64,000 nucleotides of DNA. Source: Camelus ferus. Lineage: Eukaryota. The DNA lies in NCBI RefSeq assembly GCF_009834535.1, contig NC_045707.1, positions 54,810,001 through 54,874,000 of the forward strand, given 5' to 3'. Positions 1 through 11,304 of this stretch are shown one piece after another. Under the pieces are notes generated by a model. That model worked only from the letters and a program-made list of their open reading frames with translations, was not told the origin of the DNA and did not search any database. How positions within the stretch are numbered: the stretch's first letter is position 1; the number at the start of each line of letters is the position of its first letter. Both the position numbers and the translations under genes were made by a program.

Positions 1-3000
1 TTGACCATATTTCTGAAATACAGAAAATTGGGTTCTATAAACTTAAAATATTTTGAGTACGAGAACAGACTACACAAGATGCAGAGGATGGTGCTACTGA
101 CATGGGGCCTAATATAACGCCTTATATAAAATCATTATGCCTTAGAATAACTCCTTCTTATTAATGTTCTAAATTAACAATCTTACCAACTTAGAAACAC
201 AGGAAAGAAAAGAGGTATGAAGAAATCAAGATGCTAACAATTGTATGCATTTGACTTCCAAGTATTATTATTAAAATATTTACCACAGTTTGTATGTGAT
301 TTTAATTTCCTGGAAACCAACATGTTTATGCCACATGTTGCAGTATCTCTTTGAAAAAAAAAAAATACTCCAGCAAGTATTCTTCCAAATCTCAAAAAAG
401 GAACTGGTTCATAAATTAACTTTTAATGCTTTTAACAGTCACATAAAATAACCTGAAAAGAAACTTTCTTCTTCCTTATTATTTAAAAATAATATTTAAT
501 TTTACATGATATACATGAAATTTGCACATTGGTATTTTTAAAGCAAAAAGTATTCAATGAATAGAATTTTTTCAAATGCATTAAGGACTGTTAAATTATT
601 AAAGATAATAACAAATGGGTGTCCACTGAATATAAAAGACTAGAGAAACATATAGTCATGTAATAATGAATTTTGTAGTCTTCTTCATTCCAGTGAGGCA
701 GAGCTTTAAGCTCTAACAAGAAATGTCAAGTTCAAAAACAAACAGACACACACTGTTTATTTTCCAATACTGAGTATATATGAAACCAGATCCTTCTTCT
801 TACTCTGCTTCTAAATGTCATTTTAAATAAAGTAACACACACATTTACTTGCCTTGTCCCACATTCCTTTTTGAGTTTCAGCTATAAAATATATCATTTT
901 ATGAAAAAACATTCCCCATAGATAAAGCTTCCTGAATGAGTCCTTTATTATTTCAAAAGGGGAAATATATTAGCCCAAGCCTTATCATTTACAACTTTAT
1001 TATTCTTTGCAAAATGTCCTGAAAATGCAGTGACAAATATAACAATTTCCTAAGAAATACTGGAGAAAGTTTCAAGCAAATTTTACGTTTTCTATTACAC
1101 AAATAACGTCCATATGATTTCTTTCTAATGAAGTTGATGATTAAGTCTACTGGGGACCAAAAAAATGTTCCCGTATCTCAGATTTAAAATGATTTTTAGA
1201 ATTAGAAATACTACATCAATTTTTATAATTAAGTCACTACATTGCTCTGTTTTCTCTTCTTTATTTTCCATAGCTGTTAAGGATGCACATAGGCATGTGT
1301 ATGATGCACATATATGTATATGTAATGGGTACCTAAGGGGATATATACAGTATATCTAAATATACAAGTATATACATATGCATACGCATATGTGTCTGTC
1401 TCTGTGTGTTTCCGTGCCTGTGTGTCTCCTCAACAACAACAAAAACTTGCTTTTTTTCTTTCCTGAAGATAAGGGGGCATTTCATCTGTTGGTCAGTTCA
1501 GTCCCTTTACTTGGAAAGCCCTTTTTCTCCATCATTCTCCATCTACGGAAACACATTATGTCTGGGTTCCTAATCTAATGATGCCCTGCGGTAGAACTAC
1601 TTTTACCTGTCTTATCTTGATGCTACTTGACGGTTTCTGGAAGCTAAGAACTTGATTTCTTCCATCTTATTTACTGCATCGTCTCATAATTGGTAGCTGC
1701 TCAAAAACTGTTTGCTGTATGAATGAGTGAGTTTTGCCCACATCATCCCAAGTGCCTTATTTCCTTTATCATCTCTGCTTGAAAACAGGTTTGTAGCTTG
1801 TTTGATACAATGTTCCCACAGATGTTGGAAGGCGAGTGCTCTATAAAGCCCCCATGGAAGGAAGATTTATAACTCTTTATTTCTTCCACTGCTTTAGTGG
1901 CTTAGTTAGGGAAGCATGTAATATAGCTTGAAGCAGTGTGAGACACTAGAGCATCGCAAGGAAGAGTTTGAGTTCATCTCAGTTTTTTTCATGAGCAAAA
2001 TAAAATGAGAATGTCTACCTCATAGGTTTTATAAAAGAAAAAAATAAAGTGATGCATGTAAAATAGTTGGCAAAGGACAAGCACATAATAAGAAGGCAGT
2101 AAGGCCAGAATAATAATAAAGAACCTTTTTTTTAATGAATAAGGAAACCGTTCTAGGCAAAAGAACTTGAAAGTTGCTTCTGCAAAATCCCTCATAGCTA
2201 GGGTAACCTTATGACCCTTTTGTCCTGGCCTATGTGGTTTACTTATTTCTGTATTTTGTATTTTGCAAGTACAGAAAGTTGGGTTCTATTAGCTTAAAGT
2301 ATTTTAAGTATAAGAACAGACTATGCAAGATTCAGGGGATGATAGAGATAGATAACAGATGCTCATTATCTTAACTGTGTGATGGTTTCACGGTTATATC
2401 TAAATATATATGCCAAATTTTTCAAATTATACATTTTAAATATGAATATTTTTATGTTCAATTATATCTCAGTAAGGTTGTTAAAATAAAACCAAAATAA
2501 ATTAATATTAAATAAGAAATCACTAGAAACATAAAAATATCTAGTGAAATTAAGATAATACATGATGCTAATATCAACAGGAACTCACCATTCAGTAATG
2601 TATACAAAACACCTCTCTACATGGTATGTACCAGAAATCTGAAACTGTTAGAAAGTGTTTGACAGTTGAAGTTTCCAGGTTTTTCCAGTCATCTTATATA
2701 ATGGAGATAATCACACTTAGATTATTATAGTGAAATCTCTTAGACTAAAATTACAAAGAGGAAAGTACTGGAATGGTGTAAGTGTTGCAGAGAGTCAAGA
2801 AAAAATTGAATGTATGAATTAATTCAAACATAGTATTAGAAAAATAAAGAGGCTATGACAAAATAAGCAAAAAGAAAAAAAATAAATAAATTGCACTGGC
2901 AACTGGAAATGCCCTGTTGTCACAGAGTATTTTTTTCATATTTTCAAATAAAACAATTATAATAATTTTGACATGTCATTAATGGTTATGTTGAACTTAT

Positions 3001-4085
3001 CAAATACATTTTTTGGAAATACTTGATGCTATCTAAAACATTCCCATTATTTATTATCTTCAGTTTGAGTCAGCAGGAAAAAATGATTTCATAACAACTT
3101 TGGTTTAGATATCTATTTTGTATATTCAATATATTGTTAAAATTTTCAGATGATATTACAAAGAAACATTTGAAAAGTCTACTGTTTTACTAAATCAATA
3201 CTAATCTTTAAAGTAATTTTAAACATTATTTTAAGCATTTATGCCTATAAAAGGAATTTTATTTCCCTTTATTAAAAAAAAGGCATGTGATTTCTTACCT
3301 CTACATGATATTGCAAATAAAATTCAAAAGTTACAAAACTTAAAAATCCAATTGGCTACTCAGTTTTTATTTTTTGTATATTTACCTTCCATCATACTTA
3401 CCATAGGGATGGGTGAAGCATGAATTACTTTTGCTGAAATATACCTTTATGGTATTAATTAATACCATAGTAAACTTTGATTCCCATTCACCTCAGTGAA
3501 AAATCATTTATCTTTAAATGGTATTAAAAATAAATTAAAATTGTTGGAAGAAATCCAGATACTTCACCTTCAACTTGATCACTATATACATTAAATCTTT
3601 TAAATTACTGCATTGCTAGTGAACATGACTAATGAATATATCAAGTTACATGATATGTACTCAAACTTCTTGTTTAAATCAAATTTGACTTAATTATATG
3701 TGTTTAAATCACATGTTGCATTATAAACTTCCTTTGTTTGAATAAATGTTATAGTAAAAATATATAGTAATTTCACAGGAAAATACTGATGGTTTACACT
3801 TGAGGCAATCAATTTTACAAAAAATGCTACACAAGAAATCAGCATGCTTAAAAATAGTGCCTCAGATTTCTCAACAGAGGCTATAAAATTATATCTTAGT
3901 TTTGATGCTAACATTTTTATCTTGTTTCTTCACCATAAATGTAGCCATTTGCTAAAGCTGTCTATTGCTTCCAAAATGAAATATTGCACTGTCAATAAAT
4001 GTGAAAAATGTGATGTGTCAGACATAAACAAGACAAGAAGGGAATGGGAATGAAAAATAAAAAATAGTAAAACACATTAACACAT

Positions 4086-4548
4086 TATAGTATAAACCCT
4101 GAAAAAAGTTTTTTTTTCTTTTTTTATAATCCAAGTGCCTGACTTAAGCTTTGATTGCCTGGGCATCCACTTCATAGAGACATCCCCTTCAAAGACTCCT
4201 ATCTCAAATAAACACACTGCCAGCCACAGGACTAGATAAAGAGCCAGCCTGTCCCCTCCCCCACCCTCTTCCACTGAAGCGCCTTTTGTTTGAAAGTCTT
4301 GGTTGATTTTGACAACTGACCATTTATTTGGGTCACTTGTTTTTTTCTCTTCCTGTTCTTTAATTCCCACTCTTACGTTGCCAATTTACCAATGAAGAGT
4401 AAGCCTGCAAAATCTTAGGCCACCACCCTCCACCGCAATAACAGCAGAACCCCAGGCCTGCACACACGCTCTCTCTCTCTCTACCCAAGACCTCGTCGTG
4501 TGGCCCTAAGTGTGTTGTATAATTTTCAGGTCCTTTAAGTAATTAACC
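4086..4548 (+). mobile_element. 5' LTR of the provirus, 3'-truncated
   Basis: Aligns to 8047-~8538 (TTTTTATAAT.CAAGTGCC.GACTT.AGCTTTGATTGC...GCAGAACCCCAGGCCTGCACAC). Similarity stops at the poly(A)-signal position. Confidence 0.85.
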
Positions 4549-4597
4549 CATAAGACATAGACTACACTACTCTGAGAAAATCATTGTATTATTATAC

Positions 4598-5129
4598 AGC
4601 AACAGGGAAGAACAAATCTGACTCCATATTAGATCTGTTTCTTTGGCTTTAACCCTGTGTTCTGTTTTCTGTTAGTCATGCTGGTTCCACATCTTTTGTA
4701 AAAGAATGTTGCCTATAGCCTAACATATATAGGATAGCCTATTTTCAAGGCTCTGACCTTTAAGGGTATTAACACTTTCCTATTCCTGTAAAGATAAAAA
4801 GTTGCAGAATAGAAAATAACATATTTTTTTGTTGTTGTTGGAGGTTTACAGGGACACCATGACCTGACCCATGTGGACAGATGCAAGAATAAAGGATTCC
4901 AACACTAAGGAGTTTGTAACAACTAACCACATCTCCCCCCCACCCCCTTTTTAGTATAAAAAGGAGCCTGAATTCTGACTTGGAGAAGATGGTTCTCCAG
5001 GACATTAGTCTGTCATCTTCTCAGTCTGCTGGCTTTCCAAATAACATCATTATTCCTTGCCCTAGCACCTTGTCTCCCAATTTATTGGCCTGTCATGCAG
5101 TGAGCAGAATGAGTTTGGACTTGGTAACA
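4598..5129 (+). mobile_element. Solo ERV1-class LTR of a different family, nested in the provirus
   Basis: Begins AGCAACAGGGAAGAACAAATCTGACTCCAT, has a TATAAAA box at ~4955 and ends GAGTTTGGACTTGGTAACA. Flanks ATAC/ATAG fit a 4-bp TSD with one mismatch. Confidence 0.8.
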
Positions 5130-7728
5130 ATAGCAGCCATGACCTTTTGGGTTGGGTACTGCAGGCAATATACCACAGGCAATATGTGGAAGCATATAGC
5201 ATGTACAAGGAATAGACCCCCATCAATCAGTGCTCCATTTCCAGAATATATCCCAGGGCCCTTCCTCTCCTCATTTGGGTATTTATCCCCTGGTGCCATT
5301 CCCATTCTTCCACCACAGTGATCACAGATAAGGGTCACAACAAATGGAAAACATTAAGATGAAGCCCATCTCCTGCTGTGCAAAACTGGCACGGTTCAAT
5401 GCGTTTATCATTTCTGTAACCATAATAACCCAAATAACCCCCTCTTCATTTCCAGCCCTGAAAAGGTCCCTTTTGACCTTGAGTGCAGAGTATTTCTACA
5501 GGGTGTTCCCCTAACTAGAGGACAGTGCTACTGCATTTTACTGGGCCTGCCAAAACCCTCCAAAAGGTGTTAAAACTCCTACGAGAAAACTTACAATTTT
5601 TTTCTCTGTCCCTTGAAGATATGAATTGTACCCTGTCTTTGAAATGTAAACATCCCAGAAGGTAACTTAAGATTACTTGTCCAGGACAAATACAAATCTT
5701 AAAAATCTTTTCCACACGTAGTAGTAAAAAGCTTTAGCCATTGGAGAAGGTATCCTTAATTTGTTTCATCTGTCAATTTGGAATAAACATTTATTTACAA
5801 ATGAATGAGTTTTATATTGTTATGAGTATCCTTGTATGCTCATATGCTATTAATATGTGCTCCAGAAATTATATAAAATTCCTAAAAGTCTAATAGGTAA
5901 TGTTATCAGTCGTAATTCTCATTATCATCTTAAAATCTTGTGTGTCACAGAAACAACCAAATTTCCTGGTCAACTGAATTATAATGACCTCCCATAAGGT
6001 CTTTAACCAGGCGGATTTTTAAGCATTTTGTCATTTACAGACAATTATTGTTCTACTCTGACGCTTTTACAAAAGTGCTTCATCTTCAGGGAGATTCATG
6101 GTAAGGATTCTGACAAGTACAGGTTTCTGATAACTTTCAGATAATGTCATTGATCTGGGTGAGAACTGACAGAACTCTAAGGGAAAACTAGATTCATAGG
6201 ACTGTCAATAAAATATCAAAATCACGAATGAGTTATGTGAGACTAAATTAACTGATGAGGATTTTTTGTTGAAACATTGCTGGTTCTTTTCTCTTTTGTT
6301 TTCTAGATTTAAGGACACTTCTCTTAAGCTATACGTCTTACAGCAATTTGATAAAGTATATCTTCGTGAACAAAGATAAAACAATAACATTTTCTCCCTA
6401 CCCTTTCCCTCCAGAATTCAGAAGCTCTCAGTATTTTTATTTTCATGGCAATATAGCTATTTGCATAAGTTCAGTAAGTACCTGTCTTTCTTGTAACAGA
6501 ATACAACTGAAAACATGGGTTATATTATCAAAGCTTTGACTAGAATATCATATTTGAGAGAGACATATATAGACCTAGATATGAACACACAGCTCTACAA
6601 AACTAAATTTGACCTTATGGAGCCAACAAAGCCCCTTGGAAAAATCAGCCTGGTACCTTGCTTATAGGGTTTCAGCAGCCTTCTAAATGAATAAAGATCA
6701 CTTTTTGGCAGATCTAGGAACCTCAGGATATTCTGAAGACCTCAAGAAAAGAGAAATTAACCCACATCTGTAGGTATGACAGGCAAAGTCTGATGGCAAA
6801 ATTTTGGTTTGGCTTCCTAGCCTCAAGGTTTTAAAAAGTTCAATCTGAGTTTTGTTACGAAAAATTAGAGCAAAGCAGGTTTAAAGATCCTAGATAGTCA
6901 ATCACTATTGTTGCTGAACTTATATAAATAAATAGGCCAAGTTTATTGAAAACTAGACTTACTGTGAAAACAAATTAATCTTGTTTAATCTCAAGACAAT
7001 CTTTGATTATCTCTGATAGAAATGGAGTGACTGTAGAGAGAAAAAAACTATGTTTCAATAGAAAACTATACACTCTTGCAGGTATCAGATTCTAGTACTG
7101 TTCATCGTCTTTGAGGTTTTGTTTTCCATCTGTAAACTGGACTGGATGCTGAATTCTTATCATTGCCTCTAATATCTGGCTACAACTCTTCAAATTGTTG
7201 TTCAAATGTTTTCCAATTTTTCTCCTACCTTTTCAACTTGGAATCATTGAGAACTAAAACTGCCCTTTTCCCAAAGCCATGAAGGTTAATTGGGACAACT
7301 TGATACAAACCTCAGAAAAATTACCACTACGGCTATGTATGGACAATCTTCATGCCTGTTGCTGTGCAGGACACTCAGAAAGATCACTGGAGACACTCAA
7401 ACTAAAAACCAGGAAAATCTATCATTGCCACTGTCTTCCCTCACTCTATCTGAAGACGCTTTGAACCTGACATCTAGAAATCTTTTTGACTGGATGTCTT
7501 CAGAATTTAGAAACTGGGATTATAATATGCTCTAATCATTAACCTTTTTTTCCTTTTGTTTGCATAAAACTGCTTCTTATTAAATATCTGATGCAAATAC
7601 TTGTGCCAAACGAGTATAACTTGGGAATACACCTGCTTCACTGCTTCCAGAAATCAGACACAACCCTTTAACTGAGCTGACCTATTCTCAGGACTAAAAC
7701 ACTGATTTGATGAGAAATCAAGTAATCT

Positions 7729-7937
7729 ATCAACTCAGGACAGGTTCAAACCTACTTACATCAGATGGTCCAAGATACTAAAATATTCCACAACATTACA
7801 GAAGTCTTTGAACAGATTCCCAGGGCCCTCAAGATCACTCACCTATTTTCCCTAGTTTGAAACAATGGCTTTGGATGAGATTTCAAACTATCACCTGTAT
7901 AATTATCAGGATTGCTACTATAATTCTATTTAGATGA
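7729..7937 (+). pseudogene. Remnant of retroviral env transmembrane (TM) subunit C-terminus
   Basis: Manual translation gives INSGQVQTYLHQMVQDTKIFHNIT..., then after a frameshift FPSLKQWLWMRFQTITCIIIRIATIILFR*. This resembles the gamma-type TM segment after CX6CC plus the membrane anchor, and lies just upstream of the 3' LTR. Confidence 0.6.
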
Positions 7938-8046
7938 GCAGTTCTGGGTTACAACACACCCTACGCCTAGCTTTTAGCATATCAGCTCCCTAGGCCATTC
8001 ATGTCTTTGACTCTGATGCCTTGGCATCACAGAGTCACAGGTGGAT

Positions 8047-8658
8047 TGCAGTGTAAATTCTGACAGTTGAGGGCTTTTTTTTTCTACCCCTTTTTATAAT
8101 GCAAGTGCCCGACTTCAGCTTTGATTGCTGAGGCATCACTTCAAAGAGGCATCTGTTTCAAAGACTGCTATCGCAAACAAACACATTGCCAATCACAGGA
8201 CTCGATAAAGAGCCAGAGGGTCTCCCTGCACTGAGGCTTCTTTGTTTTAGAAACTTTGGTTGATTTTGATAATTGACCATTTAAGTCACTTGAATTTTCT
8301 TTTCCCATGCTTTAAACTCTTGCTCTTGTGTTTTTAATTCATCAGTAAAGAATGAGCCTAGGAAACCCTATAAACCCAATAAAAGCAGAACCCCAGGCCT
8401 GCACACCTTTTCTCATTCTCTCCAACTCTCTCTTTCTCTTTCAGTCTCTCTCTCTCTCCCTCTTCCTGAAAACTACCTACCTACTTGTGTGGCCTTAGGT
8501 ATGTTGTGTAATTTCTAGATTCAGTAAGTAATAAACCTTTATTTTTTTCAAAGTTTACTAATTGTATTGCTAAGGGCATTTTGCAATCATGTCAAGAACT
8601 GCAAAGGTTGATCCAACCACAACATTGCTTATAGGTAGGCAGAGATTGGCACAAAACA
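8047..8658 (+). mobile_element. 3' LTR of the provirus, complete
   Basis: TG start after a purine-rich stretch, a (CT)n tract, AATAAA, and a CA end followed by the TSD. Confidence 0.85.
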
Positions 8659-9162
8659 CAGATGAAATTGCACAAAACTTTGAAAATAAGTTTTGTATTT
8701 TGTAAATCTATTCTCCACTGGTATGACAGTCAGCAGAGAATACAAAGTATTGCTGCTAATAAGCTTTTAGCACTACCTGTCTTAGTAGAGGCTTTTTCTG
8801 TTAATACTGATGCTTTGGAAAAGCAATTTGCTTTGTGGAATAAAAAGGAATCAGCACAACCCAGACAGAGAAATCCGATTTATCCTCAGACAGGCACAAA
8901 GCTGAATGCTTTCCATTTTAATGACTGACAGCTTCTATTTCTTTATACAAGCATCATGGAAGAAATGAACACAACTGCCAAAAGAAGCACAATCCAGCCT
9001 AGAAGCACTGGTCACATCTTCTACGTGGGCAGTTCTTTGCCCATACAGGTATATATTGGATTCAAGTCCAGAGAAAATTACAGAAATCTCTGATCACCTT
9101 GGAATCTCAGGGCCTAGTACATATAAATTATTTCTCTCTATGGGACAGCATGGTGAACATAC

Positions 9163-9200
9163 TGTGTGTGTGTGTGAGAGAGAGATAGAGTGAGAGAGGG
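9163..9200. repeat. Compound (TG)n(AG)n microsatellite
   Basis: TGTGTGTGTGTGTGAGAGAGAGATAGAGTGAGAGAG read directly. Confidence 0.85.
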
Positions 9201-9402
9201 AATGGGAATAGAGCTAGAGTGAAGAGAGCAGAGTATAACTGCCTGTTATCTTGCTGTCTTTCAGTGCTCAGTTCTTCATTAAAGTTACTAAGGAATGTTT
9301 GACTGAAGGTGTTCTTGTGGAAGTCAATGGAAGAACCTGATTTTACAATTCAAGGAAATATCTAGAGCAGAAAAGGACAGCAAATGCAGCCAGGAGTAGA
9401 AA

Positions 9403-9900
9403 TGAGACAGGAGGGAAGGGGGCAGGGCACAACCATCAAAAGAATGACACAACAATTGAGGATAGGACATAAACCACTTAGAATCAACTCAGCCCAAGAT
9501 GGTGGAAGATTTGAATTCCAGTAGACCTGAGCTTCATTACAGGCTGATAGTAATACATATGCATGGTAAATGAAACATCCACAGGCACCATGACTGTTCC
9601 AAGGCTGACCAGAAAAGGCCAAAAAGTGGGCAGGGGCTCAATTCCTGGAAATTCCCATCCCTTCCCCAAATGGTTGGCATAATTCTTCTACTTGTTAGCA
9701 TATGAAATTAGCTGGCCCATAAAACTAACCACCTCCACACCTCATAGCCACCTTCACTTTCCTAGATGACCCCATGTTCTGGGGCCATCTCTCTTGCCTT
9801 GTGAAAAGGCCAGCACTCTGTCTATGGAGTGTGAATCTCCCTGAATAAATCTACTTTCCCTTTACCATGGCTCACTCTTGAATTCTTTCCTGCATGAGAA
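9403..9900 (+). mobile_element. MER41-like ERV1 solo LTR, 3' end missing
   Basis: Starts TGAGACAGGAGGGAAGGGGGCAGGGCAC. Contains CCATGAC, TTGTTAGCATATG, CTGTCTATGGAGT, AATAAA and TGAATTCTTTCCTGC blocks recalled from MER41. Homologous to 56458-57086 and 57839-58377. Confidence 0.85.
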
Positions 9901-10634
9901 CCTATTCTCCAGCAAGAGAAAGAGCAAACAAGGGGGTCAGAGGCAGATACTGAAGAGATGTGCAGAATTTAAGGAAATGGTACAGAACATAAGGAATTGA
10001 AATCGAAGTTTAGATCAAATTTATACTTTCTGGATCCTTTTTAAGAGCTACCTAAAGTGACCACTGTAAACTACATTATGTTTCTATATTAAATAATTCA
10101 GTTTGTGACATTATTTCATTTGCTTTTATGGTTTTGACCTACCTAAATTGAAAAATTTAATTGCCAACTCCTGCACATGTGAAATGAATTTTGCCAGCAT
10201 AGGCAATCAGTAAGAACTGGAAAACAGTTTGGAAAGGAGGACATTTTCAAGATTTATTATTTTTGTGTATATTTATATTAATGAGATGACAAAAAATTAA
10301 AGTAGCATATTTCATTTTTGTTTCAAAGTTAATAGATGGACATCTATTGTGGAACTCAAATTTCTCTCTGTATTCCAGAGTAATCTGGAGGTTAAGCACA
10401 TGGTTTTCAGCTCATGGTTTCATTTTGTACCGAAGGCCACATTTAGTTTACCTCTTTTCCAGTGGAAAGCAAATTTTTCATATAATTGAAATCTTAACTC
10501 AAAGACATGAGCATGAAGGCACTAATTTTTTTTAGGTATGATGTCAGGCTTACCAATAGGGCTTCATAGTTAGTAAATTAAACAAAATTTGGATTCTTTA
10601 AAGTTGTTTCCAAACACTAACTATTTCTGATTCA

Positions 10635-10778
10635 TTTTTTAACATCTTTATTGTGGTATGGTTCCTATAAACTACACATATTTCAGACGTACACTTTGAT
10701 CAATTCTGATAGATGTGTACACCCATGAAACCACTACCACAATCAAGAGCGCTAACATTTCCATCACTCCCCAAGAGG
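10635..10778 (-). mobile_element. Ancient L1M-type 3' end with short poly(A)
   Basis: Reverse complement reads GGGGAGTGATGGAAATGTT...CTTGATTGTGGTAGTGGTTTCATGGGTGTAC...CAATAAAGATGTTAAAAAA. Confidence 0.75.
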
Positions 10779-11304
10779 TGAATTTTCAAATCCCAATTTA
10801 TCCCTTCCCACCTGCCTTAACCCCTGGTAACCATAATTTTGTTCTCTATGTCTGTGAGTCTGTTTCTGTTCAGTAGGTAAGTTTGTTTGTGTCCTTTTTT
10901 TTTTTTTAGATTCCACATAGAAGTGATAGCATATGGCACTTTTCTTTCTCTTTCTGGCTTACTTCACTTAGAATGATGATCTCCAGGTCCATCCATATAT
11001 ATATGTGTATATATATATATACACACACCACATCTTCTTTATCCAGCCATCTAGATGGACATTTGGATTGTTCCCATGTCTTGGCTATTGTAAGTAGTGC
11101 TGCTATGAACACTGGGGTGTACATGTTTTTTGAATTATATTTTTCTCCAGATATATGCCCAGGAGTGGGATTGCTGGATCATATGGTAAGTCTATGTTTA
11201 GTTTTTTAAGGAACCTCCATACTGTCCTGCATAGTGGCTGCACCAATTTACATTCCCACCAACAGTCTAGGAGGGTTCCTTTTTCTCCACACCCTCTCTA
11301 GCAT
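10779..11304 (-). mobile_element. Lineage-specific LINE-1 fragment (end of ORF2 and 3' UTR)
   Basis: ORF 10906..11124 gives YTPVFIAALLTIAKTWEQSKCPS, the L1 ORF2p C-terminus. The 3' UTR resembles 48500-48910. Confidence 0.9.

Larger units (their letters stand above)
4086..8658 (+). mobile_element. Non-autonomous ERV1-class provirus (LTR - degenerate internal region - LTR), MER4-group-like
   Basis: Two direct-repeat LTR copies (4086-~4548 and 8047-8658), ~85% identical by eye over ~125 bp. The 3' LTR runs TG...CA with AATAAA near 8530. Flanks CACAT (4081-4085) / CAGAT (8659-8663) fit a 5-bp TSD with one mismatch. The internal region has no long ORF. Confidence 0.85.

Noticed and set aside
4980..5321. 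113-aa ORF in the provirus as gag or a captured gene
   Set aside because: It spans the junction between the nested LTR and the host internal sequence, and has no gag, pol or env motif.
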